Shown here piece after piece: positions 1 through 12,926 of a DNA stretch of 64,000 nucleotides (its first letter is position 1; every line of letters begins with the position of its first letter). The position numbers were made by a program, and so were the translations under genes. Source of the stretch: Vicugna vicugna (Eukaryota); NCBI GenBank assembly GCA_013265495.1, contig MU058650.1, positions 833,394-897,393 of the forward strand. The letters are read 5' to 3'. Below the pieces are notes generated by a model. That model was not told the DNA's origin. It searched no databases and saw nothing but the letters and a program-made list of their open reading frames with translations.

Positions 1-589
1 TAGTCCCTGCCGTTGAAGAGACAATGGTCTACAGAAAGGGGAGAGACAGGCAATGTTAATACAGATGCGGGCAGTGAAAGAAAAGGGTGCTGCAGACACA
101 CTGTACCAGGGGCGTCCACGTTGACTTAGGGGGTCAGAAATGCTTCTTAGAACTAATAATGGTAATGATAAAAACTAATAATGCCAATTAGGTAGAGAAG
201 AATGGAAAGAGTTAATTAAATGTTAGTTTCCAGTTATATGAACCAAACTTTCAAAATAAAAATGCTACATAAAAAAAAATTGTTTTAAGTGTTTAAAACG
301 TATTTATGACTTGACAAAACAGTAGAGAATCTTCAAAGAATGAAATCTAAGTTAAAGGTTAACTTAGAGATGGGCAAAACAGTAAGGATCTGACTTATTT
401 CTGTTAGTGTATAGAAGACTGTCACCCCCCTTTTGTGTATACAGATTCTGTTGGCTCCCATTTTAGTCTACTATAAAATTCCATAGCATCTATAATCAAG
501 AAATTCCTTCCAGTGGTCTTATTTGGACACTCAGAGAGACACATATCAGACACTCAACAGGATAACAAAGACTGAAGTTAAATACTGAG

Positions 590-1170
590 GAGGGCAATTC
601 ACAACAGGTAAGACAAATTATGAGATACTGTCTAGAAGTACAAGAAGACCGAATGTATAGAGAACTACTATAAATCAGTAAGAAAAAGACAACCCCAGAA
701 CAAACATAAACAAAATATAAACAACCAGTTCATATGTAAGGAATCTGAATGACAAAAAAATCTCTCCTTGTAATCAGAGGAGTGAATATTAGCACAATGA
801 AATACCATTTCTCACACATTAACTAGATTGACAAAAATTTTAAAGTCTGGCAATTCAGATAGTAAGTATGGTAAAGAAACACACATTGTTGGGGTACTAT
901 AAATTAATATAATCTCTTTGCAAGTATCTGTAAAACAAGATAGGTACAAACTTTTATAACTTAGCAATCCCACTTCTAAATATGCACTATGGAGAAAATC
1001 AGCACTGTGTGTAACAGTTTCTAACAGTGGAAAACAAATAATGTAAACGTTCATAGATATCCAAATGGCTATTTACAGAATGGCAGTTAGATGATGAAAG
1101 ACTACACAGTGATTAAAAGGGAGAAATGGAAATAAAATATATCAACATGAATCAATCTCTAAAACATGCT
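590..1170 (+). mobile_element. Ancient L1 (L1M/L1ME-like) 3'-region fragment
   Basis: Decayed L1 3' motifs: 'aaataccatttctcacacattaactagattgacaaaa', 'ttagcaatcccacttcta', 'atgaatcaatctctaaaacatg'. Confidence 0.55.
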
Positions 1171-4100
1171 CAGACCTTCTAGTCAAGTGGTTTACTAAAG
1201 TTCAATTCATGTCGCCATGTGTCTCCCTGCTCAGGACCAACAGAAAAGATACAGAAAATATAAAACATGCTTGTATTCAAAACAAGATAAACATCTCTGT
1301 GGACCAGAAACAGAACAGAAATGCAAAGTGGTAAACAGAACTGAAGCCACATGCCTACTGGGCTCTATGTGAAGGCAGAAAATGTTAATCCTTAGTTCAA
1401 TTTCTATAAGATAAAAAACACTAAGTGTTCCAGCTGAAACAGAATGGAACCAGTCTCACCGCATGAAGTCAATGACTGGAGTGGGGAGATGTTCTGCTTG
1501 CGAAAGAAGGTTGAACAATCGGTATGTACCTCCCTCTGCTATAGACTGCGTCTACAGGAATGTGCTACAGATCTACAGCTTACAGCACAATGAAGACGTA
1601 AGAAGCCAAGAAGACATGGACAAAGACATGAGCATTGGTTTTCAAGGTTTTTTTTGACCCTAACCCAAAGAGAGATTTTGTGTGTGTATGTGCGTGCACC
1701 TAAAAGACCCCCATATATTCATTACATATAATACATGCTAATATTTTATATTTTTAAATGCCGGTTGCAATAAGTTGATTCTTGACTCACATTATGAAAA
1801 ACGCTACCATAAAACACAAAAGAAATAATATCCTCAATATAAAGAAGAGATGAAATCAACATGCTTTAACACTGAAGCTTCAGATAAGGACCATCATTTT
1901 AGCCTTCTTCCTGTTACCATTTTATCCTCACTGCCATTGTAAGAATTAAAATTTAGTTCCAAGGTAAGGGCCATATTTTTCTCAAAATAAACCAAACGTT
2001 AATCATGTGTTAAGAACATGATGATGTGGGAAGAGGAGATCAAGATGGTGGAGTAAGAGGATGTGGAGCTCACCTCCCCCCCAAGAACACATCAAAAATA
2101 CATGTACATGTGGACAAATTCTCAAGGAAAACCAACTGGAGGCTGGCAGAAAAGCCTCTTATACAACCAAGGGTGCAAGAAAGATCTACCAAGAATCAGG
2201 TAGGAAGGGAAGAGAAGCAACCAAGTCAGGACCCATGACCCTGGAAGGGGACACAGATGAGGAGGGTGATTACATGGGCTCACAGATCCTCCCGGGGAGT
2301 GAGCAGTTCAAGCCACATACTGGGTGCCCTAGCCTGGGGTCCAATGCCAAGAAGACAAGCCCCTTAGCTTGTTTCACAACCAGTGAGAATAACAGGAGTA
2401 CTGTAGAAAACCCTAGATTCCGCTCATGAAGAGCACACACACGTTCGACTACTACCAAAACAAGGCAGCAGAAGCAGACTTAAACTGCCTAAGACTCTAG
2501 CCAGTTTCCTGTAACAACCCCAGCCCATGCCCCAGACTGAGCCAAGTGCCCGCTCCAGCCCCACTTGCTCCATAGCACAGCTCCGCACTGGGGCAAGGGC
2601 TGCCACACCCAAGGTGAATGCCCGTTGTGAGAAATGAAGCCTGCCTGTACCTGGGAGTGAAGGCAGCCAATGCAGGTGCTTGGAGAGGCAATGCATGGGG
2701 AGCAGTCCGTAACTCTGACTGAGCCAGGACCACTACAGCATGCACCCTGGCCTGTGCCAAGTGCCCACTACAGCACCTCTTCCTACACCAGGCAGCTCAA
2801 AACTGGGGCAAGGGCTGCAGGGTTGAGGGTAGTATGTGGTTTTGAGGAAAAGATCTAACCAGATCCAGAATGGCATCTGAATGGGGCAGGGACAATCACT
2901 GCAGTTGATTATGGAAGCAGCCCATTGGAGAAGGTCCAGAATTCAGACTAGGGTCCAGACCACCACAGCCCACACCTGATCCACGCCAAGCACAAACTCT
3001 GGTCCCTCTCATTCCAGCACTGGTCCTCTCTGGGGAAAAGTACTGGTGCTAGGAGTGAAAAAAGTACACACTAAAAGGGAATGGAGCCAGCTCACTCCCA
3101 AACTTCAGGGCTTCTGCTCCAGGAACTTGGGCCCTACCTCACCCCCAATAGGGTGGTATTGGTCACTGAGCAAAGGAGAACCACAGGCTTACATCTGTCT
3201 TTGACTCTAGTCCTTCCATCTTCCAGTCTCACCTTCTACCAAGGTGATAACTCCCAGCACATCCTGGGGAAACATATAACTCTTGCTCAGATCAGATCCA
3301 GCTCTCCCACCAAAGTACTGGGCACATGGAGACTGCACTGGGATGCTCCCATATAAGGATACTCCTTCAAGGTCACAATAGGTAAATGTTTCACCTAATT
3401 TCACAAAGAGAAAGTTAATCAAAATGAGAAGACAAAGGAATTTGTGTCAATTGACAGAACAAGAGGAAAGCCCTGGGGAAAAAGAAACTAACAGAAATAG
3501 GTAACTTACTATACAGAGAGTTCAAAGCAGCAGTAATAAGAATATGAATAAATTAGGGGAGAGAATAGATGAACGCAGTGAGAATTTTAGAAAGAAACTA
3601 AAAACCACTTTTAAAAAACAGAACTGAAAAACATATTAACTGAAATGTAAAACACACTAGAAGGAATTAACAGCAGACTAACTGGTACAGAAGACTGTAT
3701 AAATGATTCAGAACATGTTGTAAAATTAACTCAATCAGAACAGCAAAAAGAAAAATAAGTTTTTAAAAAAAAAAGAGAATAGTTTAAGGGATCTCTAAGA
3801 CAATACCAAGCACACGGACATTCACTTACAGGAGTCCAAGAAGGAGAAGAGTGAGGAGTTAGAAAATGTATTTGATGAAATTATGGCTGAAAACTGCCTG
3901 AACCTGAAGAAGGAAACAGAAATCCAGATAAGGAAGAACAGAGGATCCCAAACAAGATGAACACAAACAGACCCACACAAAGACACATCGTGATTAAAAT
4001 GGCAAAAGATAAAGATAAAGAGAGAATTCTAAAGGAAGCAAGAGAAAAACAAAGAGTCATATACAAGGGAATTGCCTATCAACTATCAGCTGATTTTTCT

Positions 4101-7100
4101 GCAGAAATCTGCAAGCAGAAGAGAGTGGCATGACATATTTAAAGTGCTGAAAAAGAAAAACCTGCAACCTAGGATACTCTACCCAGTAAGATTATCATTT
4201 AGAGTTAAAGGAGACATAAAGAATTTCTCAGGTAAGCAAAAAAATAAGAGATCATCCATACTAATTCAACTCTAGAAGAAATGTTAAAGGGCTTCCTCTA
4301 AGTGGAAAAGAAAAAAACTACAAGAAGCAAGAATCTGTAAGGAAGGAAAAACCTCAAAGTAAAGGCAAATATATAGTAAAGGCTATGAATCAATCACTTA
4401 AATAGGCTTATTACTAAGCTTAGGCCAAAAAATAGTAAAATCAACTGTAACAAAATAAACAGTTACAGGGTAAAAATGAATATGTAAAATATGACACCAA
4501 AAACACAAAATGTGGAGGAAGGGATTTAAAAAATGTAGATCATTTAGAATGTGTTTGAACTTATATGACTACCAGTTTAAAAGTTAGTTATAGTTACAGG
4601 TCAACTTATATGAACCATATGGCAACCACATATATACAAAAAACTTAGAGAAAAAGGAACAGAGGCATACCACTAAAGAAAATCACTGAGTTACAAGGGA
4701 AGAAACTAAAAGAAGAAAAGAAACTAAGAAGAACTACAAAAACAAACAGAAAACAAGTAACGAAATGGCAATAAGTACATACTTATCAATAATCACCTTA
4801 AATGTTAATGGACTAATTGTTCCAATCAAAAGATATATAGTGGCTGATTGGGTTAAAAAAACAAGACCCATCCATTTGCTTCTTATAAGACACTCAATTC
4901 AGAGATAAAGACACATGTACACTGAAAGTGAAGGGATGGAAAAATATTTCATGCCAATGCAAACAATATGAAAGCAAGCAATACATTTCAGACAAACTTT
5001 CAAACAGTCTGTAACAAAAGACAAAGAAGGGCATTATTAATGAGGATTTCAATACTAGAAGATAATGTAATACTCTATGTATACACATAATACATGAGGA
5101 CACACACACATACATATAAGCAAATATTAACAGACATAAAAGGAGAAATTGACAATAATAAATAACAGCAGGGGACTTCAGCACCACACTTACATCAACG
5201 AACAGATTATCGAGACAGAAAAACAATAAGGAAACAGTAATCTTAAATGATACTTCAGACCAGTTGGACGTAATAGATTTCTACAGGAAATTCCATGCAA
5301 AAATAGTATAATACATATTCTTTTCAAGTGCATATGGAACATTCTCCAAACAGATCACATGGCAGGCCACAAAACAAGTCTCAACTAAATTAACTGGACA
5401 GAAATTCTATCGAACAGTTTTTCCACCCATAGGCATGAAACAAGAAATCAATTACAAGAAGAAAAATGAAAAAACTACAAAAAAGTGGAGACTCATCATC
5501 ATGCTACTAAAAAAACCAATGAGCCAATGAAGAAATCAAAGAGGAAATCAAAATAACCCTGAGGCAAACGAGAAAACACAACTTTCCAAAATATATGGGA
5601 TGTGGGGAAAGTAATTCTAAAGAGAAGTTTATAGCAATATAGATCTACCTCAAGAAACAAGAAAAATCTCAAATAAGCAACTTAGCCTAAAATAAAGAGC
5701 AGAGAGGAAATATATAAAACAGAACAAAAAAAAGAAAGAAAAAGAAAAAAGAAAAGATCAATCAAATCAAGAATTCATCTTTTGAAAAGATAAACAAGAT
5801 TGATAAGCCCTTATGCAGGTTCATCAAGGAAAAAGAGGACACAAATAGAATGAATGAAAGAGGAGAAATAACCGATATCACAGAGATACAAAAAAATCAT
5901 AAGAGAATACTACAAACAATCAATATGCCAACAAATTAGACAACGGAGAAAAAAAATCAACAAACTGCTAGAAACATAAACCCTTACAAGACTGAATCAG
6001 GAAGAAATAGACACTATGAACAGAAAGATCCCTAGCAGTAAAACTAAATTTGGGGGGCGGGAGGGAACCTCCCAGCAAATAAAAGTCCAGAACCAAATCC
6101 CTTCATGGGAGAATTCTACCAAACATACGGAAGAGCTAATATCCATACCTTCTCAAACTACTCCAAAAAGATGAAGAGGAGGGAACACTCCCAAATTCAT
6201 TCTGTAAGGCCTACATTACATTGATATCAATATCAAACACAATACCAAAAAAAAAAAAAAAATTACAGGCCAAAATCTCTGATGAATAGCGATGCAAATA
6301 TCCTCAATAAAATAACAGCAAAGGAAATTCAACAATATATAAAAAGTATCATACGCAATGATCAACTGAGATTTATTCCAGGATATAGGGATGGTTCAAT
6401 ATTCACAAATTAAGTAATGTGATACATCATATTAATAAGAAGGGTAAAATCACATGATCATCTCAACAGACACAGAAGAAGCATTTCACAAAATTAAACA
6501 TCCTTTCATAATAAAACTTCTCATCAAAGCTGGTATAGAGGGAAAATCTCTCAATATAATAGAGGTCATTTATGACAAATCCACAGCTAATTAACAGCTT
6601 TTCCTCTAACACCAGGAACAAGACAAAGATGCCCACTCTCACCACTTTCACTCAACATAATATTGGAAGACCTAGCCACAGCAATCAAACAAGAAAAAGA
6701 AATAATGATTTCCAAATTGGAAGGGAAGAAGTAGAACTGTCACTATTTGCCTATGACATGATACTATATATAGAAAATCCTGAAGTCTCCACCGAAAACC
6801 AGTAGAACTAAGAAATGAAATCAGCAAAGTTACAGGATTAAAATAAGCATACAGATATCTGTTGCTTTTCCATACACTAATGATGAACTATCAAAAAGAG
6901 AATTCAAGAAAACAATCCCATTTACAACTGCATCAAAAGGAATAATATACCTTGGCATAAACTTTACCAAGGAGATGAAGGACCTATGCTCTGAAAACTA
7001 CAAGAAAATGATGAAGGAAATTAAAGACTATACAAAGAAATGGAAAGATAGACCATGTTCATGGATTATTAGAATTAATATTAAAATGTCCATACTGCCC

Positions 7101-7302
7101 AAAGAAACTATAGATTTAATGCAATCCCTATTAAAATACCCATATTTATTAAAAATCTAGAACAAATAATCTGAAATTTTATATGCAACAACAGAAGATC
7201 ACAAACAGCCAAAGCAATCTTAATAAAAAAGAACAAAGCTGGAAGTATCATGCTCCCTGACTTCAGATGATACTACAAAGCTACAGTAATTAAAACAGTA
7301 TG

Positions 7303-7478
7303 TGGGGGGGGGTATAGCTCAGTGGTAGAGTGCATGGTTCAATCCCCTAGGTTCAATCCCCAGGACCTCCATTAAAAAAATAAACCTAATGACCTCCCTG
7401 CCCCCCCCAAAAACAGACAAAAAACAAAAACAAAACAAAAAACAAAAAACCACATAAACAGACAAAACAAACAAACAA
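7303..7478 (+). mobile_element. tRNA-Ala-derived SINE (Vic-1-like) nested in the L1
   Basis: gggggtatagctcagtggtagagtgcat...ggttcaatccccaggacctcca, then taaacctaat and an A-rich tail. TSD aaaacagtatg at 7292-7302 and 7479-7489. Confidence 0.9.
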
Positions 7479-8487
7479 AAAACAGTATGGTTCTCGCACA
7501 AAAACAGACACACAGATCAATGTAACAGTACTTAAAGATAAGAAAAGAACCCACCCACCTGTGGTCATAATCTATGACAAAGGAGACAAGAATATACAAT
7601 GGAGAAAAGACAGTCTCTTCAGTAAGTGGTGCTGGGAAAACTGGACAACTACATATAAAAGAATGAAATTAGAACATTTCCTCACACCATATACAAAAAT
7701 GAGCTCAAAGTGGATTAAAGACATAAATGCAAGAACAGAAACCTGAAATCTCGCAGAAGAAAACATAGGCAAAACATTCTTTACAATAAATCGCAGCAAT
7801 ATTTTTTAGATCTATCCCCTCAGGTAAAGGGGAAAACAAACAACAATAAACAAATGGGCCTTAATTAAACTTAAAAGCTTTGGCACAGCAAAGGAAACCA
7901 TCAACAAAAACAGACAGCCTACTGAATGGGAGGAGATATTTGCAAATGCTGTGACTGATAAGGGATTAATATCCAACACATATAAATGGCTTATACAACT
8001 CAACATCCAAAAAACCCAAACAACCCAATTAAAAAATGAGCAGAAGACCTGAACAGAAAGTTTGCCAGAGAAGACATACATATGGCCAACAGGCACATGA
8101 AAAGATACTCAATATCACTAATCATCAGAGAAATGGAAATCAAAACCAGTGAGATATCACCTCACACTTACCATAATGGCTATCATCAAAATACCATGTT
8201 TCTATTCTCCATGGTGACACAGAGAAAAGGGAACCCTAATACACTGTTGGTGGGAATATAAATTGGTACAGTCGCAATGAAAAACACTATCAAGTTTCCT
8301 TAAGAAAACTGAAAATAGAAAGAATTATCATCTGATCCATCAATTCCACTCCTGAGTATGTATCCAAAGAAAAGACTAATTCGATCAGGTGTCTGCATCC
8401 CAGTGTTCATAACAGCATTATTCACAACAGCCAAGATACAGAAGCAACCTAAGTATTCATCAATAACTGAATGGATAAAGAAGTTAT

Positions 8488-8512
8488 CACACACACACAC
8501 ACACACACACAC
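8488..8512. repeat. (CA)n microsatellite
   Basis: cacacacaca... run inside the L1 3' part. Confidence 0.9.
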
Positions 8513-10671
8513 TGGAACATTTCTCGGCCATAGAAGAATGAAATTCTGTCATGTCTAACAACACGGATGGACTTACAGAGTATTGTGCTTTAGTGCAGTA
8601 AGACAAACACTGTAGTTATTAGCTATATGTGTCATCAAATGAATGAAAACAACAAAACAGAAACAGACTCATAGATAGAGAGAACAAACTAGTGGTCACC
8701 AGTGAGGAGAGGAAAGGTGGAGGGGCTCCACAGAGGCGGGGAATTAAGTTGTAAGAACTACTAGTTTAAAATAAATAGTAGTAGTTGCACTACTACCAGT
8801 AAAAAATAAATAAGCTACAAGGATACATCGTACAGCACAAGGAGATGCAGCCATCATTTGATAATAACTTTAAATGGAGTATAATCTATAAAATACTGAA
8901 TCACTATGTATAATAAAAAAATAAAAATACAGTAAAAATTTTAAATACTGATAAATAAAAATGCTATCATCTGAAGAAACTTAAAAAAATTCAATCATGT
9001 GCAGAGCACAACACACTCAAAATCGTATGTAGATGTTTGAAAACCAGCTAGTCTCACTCATTACTCTAGACGCACACAACAATCTGAATTCTTATGTAAG
9101 CAAAAATCAAAAATGACTGCAGGTTATCATACTTCAGGACTAAATTCAGGGATTTACAGAGCAGCAAAACAAGTTCATGGTAACAGAATAGTAAATATTC
9201 TACACTTTCAAAATACAAAAAAAGAAGCACCTACATTTTCCCCAAAAGCTTATCATCTCATAAGGGAAATTGGATAAGACTCTTAAATTATAGTGCTTTA
9301 CAGAAAACTGTAAGTACTACACAGTAAAGGAACAAATAATGTGCTAGGGAAACATAAAGGAAGAAGAGATTTATTTCAATCAAGGGAAACAGTAAGAATT
9401 TCATCATATATATCAAGTTAGGCCTTGAAGGATAAGCAGGATACAATCATACAGAGCATATACTTAGAAAAATCCAGATGAACAAAAATTCAGACAGGAA
9501 TTTGCAGAGAAATATAAAGGAAAGTAATTAAACTATTTTGGTTGATGTACAAACTATCTAAGAGAAAGATTCCAATCTAATGTTTCTGGACTCTGTACGT
9601 AGGCAGCATCTGCAGTCTTTAAGAGAGAACAATAAATACAGCACTTTTCTTCTTAATTTAGGCTCTAAACAAGTTAAGAACCACCAAAAAAAAAAAACAC
9701 ATAGGAAATAAAAGACAGAAATCACCCTTATTGCTCATGAAGACTAAACTGGAACAGAATTTTTCTTTCAGTGAAAGGCAACTGTATCTGTTAACTGAAG
9801 CCCACGATGAGGCAGACTGTCCCAGGTGGAGAATGCACTGAACCAACCCTCACTTCACCTCATTCCCCACATGGTCTCTGCAGGCAGTCTGTTCCACAAG
9901 CAGGAAAGGCAGGGCTAAGCCAAGTACACATAGTTTATTCTTTGCAAATTTTCCAATAGAAAACCTACTTCACATCCTCAAGGACAGAGTGAGAAAGGAA
10001 CGTGGCAGGGAACACCACTAGCGGAGCTTCATCAACCCAAAAGGAAATATTAGAAATGGCAAAGACACATGCTCCTGAACTTGAATCACTGAAGACTTCT
10101 AAACAGAGTGATACTGTGACAAAAGCTGTACTTTGGAAAAGTTAATCTGACATCAGTTACAGGATGCTGAAAAACAAAGAGATCATCATAATTATACACG
10201 CAAGAGTCAATTAGGGCCTGAACCATAATAATATTTCACCTTAAATGGTTCTTGGTTCCAGGGGCTGTCCTCAGCTGATTACACATATTAACTCAACTCC
10301 AGGAGAGACGACATAAATGAGGCAGAGAGGTGAAGACATACGACTAACAGATGGCATTCAAACTAGAGCAGTAGCAGTAGGAATGGAAAAGATGACACAG
10401 ATGCAAAAGACAAAAAGTACGTAAGCAAATGAGCAAGTTGATAGATGCTGACTTACTTGAATCAGAGAAGTTTATGTAAGAATTCAAAAGAAAAGACTAT
10501 GTTAATTAGAAAGCCTGTAATTTAGTGCTGGAAAGTTGGTAAAATAAGCATGACAAAGAACTACAGTTTCCTAGGAGTGTAAAGCTGGTTTCATATAACA
10601 GTATCTCTAAGTAAAACTAAGCACTATTTCAAATCTATGAAAGACACTGAAGTTTACTATATTCTTTTGTT

Positions 10672-10753
10672 TGATACAGAGAACAGGCCTGAATACATGC
10701 AAAACCTAAGCTTATAAGCCAGGGATATCCTAACCGACTAGACCATCCGTGCC
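10672..10753 (-). pseudogene. Degenerate tRNA-like sequence (possible UAU anticodon), or the head of an old tRNA-derived repeat
   Basis: Minus strand: GGCACGGA TG GTCT AGTCGGTT AGGAT...CCTGG CTTATAAGC TTAGG...TCTGTATC A. Shows an A-box-like segment, D-stem, anticodon-like stem and imperfect acceptor pairing. The T-arm/B-box is degenerate. Confidence 0.3.
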
Positions 10754-11940
10754 AACAAACGGCAGACACGATTTCAGAAGCAAGCAGGTGATGACAATGG
10801 GTAAAATCACCTTCTAGACTTTAAACCGCTCCTCTTTCTTGCTCTAATATCCACTGGTTATCCCCCTTTGGTACTTTCCCCCTTCCTCTTTTAATACAGT
10901 GAGTCACAATTCCTTCAGGTCTGCCACTCAGAGACAAAAGTAGTTCACAGAACATGGTAAAGATGTTCCAGAAACCACTGGCTCCCAGGGTTCCAAACGG
11001 AATAGCTACTTAATTATAGACCAATACAATTTACCACACCAACATTTTCAGAACTAAAATCAACTGGGAGAGAGGAAAAAAAAAGCAAAACAGAAAACAA
11101 CATTGATCACAGGACTCCCATGATCATTCTTTCATATTTTTCATTTATTTGTCCCTCTAGGCTGCATTCAAGGTAAATTCTGAAAGACCATCTTCTTGTT
11201 CATTAACTCTATCTTCAGTTGTGTTCAGTCTGCTGCTTTTCGCCATTTATGAGTTTCTAATTTCAACTCAGTATTTTTCATTCCTAAAAGTCCTGGTTGG
11301 CTGTTTCTCACATCTGACTTCTTATTAACCTTTTATTCCTTATTCATATTTCCTATTACTACTGTTACTATATAAAGCTATTAAACATTCCAACAGATTA
11401 AGCTTTTATGGGTCTGATTCTGCTGTTTACCTGTTTCAGATGACTCTCATTCATGGACGATCCTTATATTTTCATGCACTTTATGATTTTTTAGATTATG
11501 AACTTAAATGAACTAGTTTCTTGGAGACCTTTGAGGCCTTAATTGACACTATGATCCTGTAAAAGGGACTGGTAGTTACTTCTGCCAATCACTTAAAGGC
11601 ACTACCAACTCAAGAATATTTTAAAGTAAATTCTCATCTTGAAGATTTTGGAACCACACAGGTAATGTAGTCCAAAGCCCTAAGCCCTTACAAATTCAAG
11701 CTATAAACCAAATTCAGTATGTACTCAATCATCTATGCCCTGGATTTATAAATATAATATACATTTAAACTGACTTCCTACAGAAAACTTATTTTAAAAG
11801 AACTTATATCACATTTCATAGTTGTTTCCATTAATTTCATTAAACTGTAGAAAATAATATCTTACAAGTAAAGTTGAATTTACATAAATGTCTTATCAGT
11901 TAAAGTCAAATTAGTTAAAAGATTTTAAATATTCTCTTAC

Positions 11941-12060
11941 CTGTTCAAGGGCTTGGGTTTTCTCTCGCTCTACTTTCCTTAGAGTTTCCTTTTCAGCTTT
12001 GAGTGATGATGATGACACAGTTTTAACAGACATAAAATCAACGGTCATCCATTCATCCCT
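11941..12060 (-). CDS. CWF19L2: CWF19L2 coding exon 5 (the gene continues beyond the left edge of the window)
   Basis: taacag|AGG GAT GAA TGG ATG...CTT GAA CAG|gtaaga = RDEWMTVDFMSVKTVSSSSLKAEKETLRKVEREKTQALEQ. 120 nt, phase 0/0. I found no further exon in 1-11900. Confidence 0.95.
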
Positions 12061-12124
12061 CTGTTAAAAAAAAAAAAGTCACTTCAATCTAAATTAGAAC
12101 AGCTCTAAACACTTAGTAATAAAT

Positions 12125-12340
12125 CAGAGACTCTGTCTGGAGGCACTCAAACCTAGATTAAATCTCACATGGCTGTGTAACTTGAAGCATGTTTCTTAGT
12201 CTCTCTAAGCCTTTTTCTCTCCCCTGTAAAAATGGATTAAAATACCTACCTTTCAGTAATATTTTAAGGAGTAAACAAGAAAACTAACTTAAGGCATCTA
12301 GCCTAATGTCTGACACACAACAGGCACTCAAACATTACTT
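12125..12340 (+). mobile_element. MIR-like SINE remnant
   Basis: 'ctctctaagcctttttctctcccctgtaaaaatggattaaaatacctacct...aaggcatctagcctaatgtctgacacacaacaggcactcaa' resembles the MIR core. Confidence 0.55.
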
Positions 12341-12815
12341 CTTTTCACTCTTCTTTCTTCACTGTTGCTAGCAGTGTAAAAATAGCATTTCCCTCAGGCA
12401 TATGAACTATAACCCGAAATCTGTGAACTATTCAACTGTGAGCACTGCTAAGACAATTATGGCATGAAGTGAACGGAAGGAAAACCTGAGACTGAACTCT
12501 GCTCACTGTAGAAAGGTCAGACAGAGGGAAAAGCACAAGGTTCCACGTACATAAGGGGAAAAGTGCCACCTCCCTATCAACAGCCAGAGGTAGGAAACCC
12601 TCTGAGGGCCAAGAACAGGGAAAAAAGCTTACTTTCTCACATGAGAAGGGCAGCCCACAAGCTCACAAAGAGCATTAGTGCTAAAGCTACCCATAAACGT
12701 ACACTGTTTACAAAGTCTAATTTTTTTCTCCTGAAGAAATTATAATCATCTTTCATTTTAACACTCGTCTACTCTTGTAAGTTCACACTTCTTTATTTAA
12801 AGTCAAGTGGCTTAC

Positions 12816-12926
12816 CTGAATAATCTGATTGTCTTCGTTTTCTAACTTTTCATCTTTCACTTTCCAGGCCTTTTCCTTGCCAGAAGTTTGGGAGGGAGCA
12901 GCCTCAACCCACTCATCCTCAGAGTT
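12816..12926 (-). CDS. CWF19L2: CWF19L2 coding exon 4
   Basis: tcttag|AAC TCT GAG GAT GAG TGG...ATT ATT CAG|gtaagc = NSEDEWVEAAPSQTSGKEKAWKVKDEKLENEDNQIIQ. 111 nt, phase 0/0. Confidence 0.95.

Larger units (their letters stand above)
2028..8930 (+). mobile_element. Near full-length degenerate LINE-1 in CWF19L2 intron 5 (antisense to the gene)
   Basis: The 5' end reads 'gggaagaggagatcaagatggtggagtaagagg', followed by a GC-rich 5'UTR to about 3420. ORF1 remnant includes REWHDIFKVLKKKNLQPRILYP. ORF2 remnant starts at ATG 4765 ([29 protein letters not shown]), followed by a 3'UTR and A-rich end. Many stops and frameshifts. Confidence 0.92.

Noticed and set aside
4072..8558. Track ORFs with reverse-transcriptase, endonuclease or ORF1 similarity
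   Set aside because: They are fragments of a dead L1 with many stops and frameshifts. No intact ORF1 or ORF2 remains.
2001..9001. aatcatgtg on both sides of the long L1 as a TSD
   Set aside because: It is only 9 bp and is not directly adjacent to the element ends, so it cannot be distinguished from chance.
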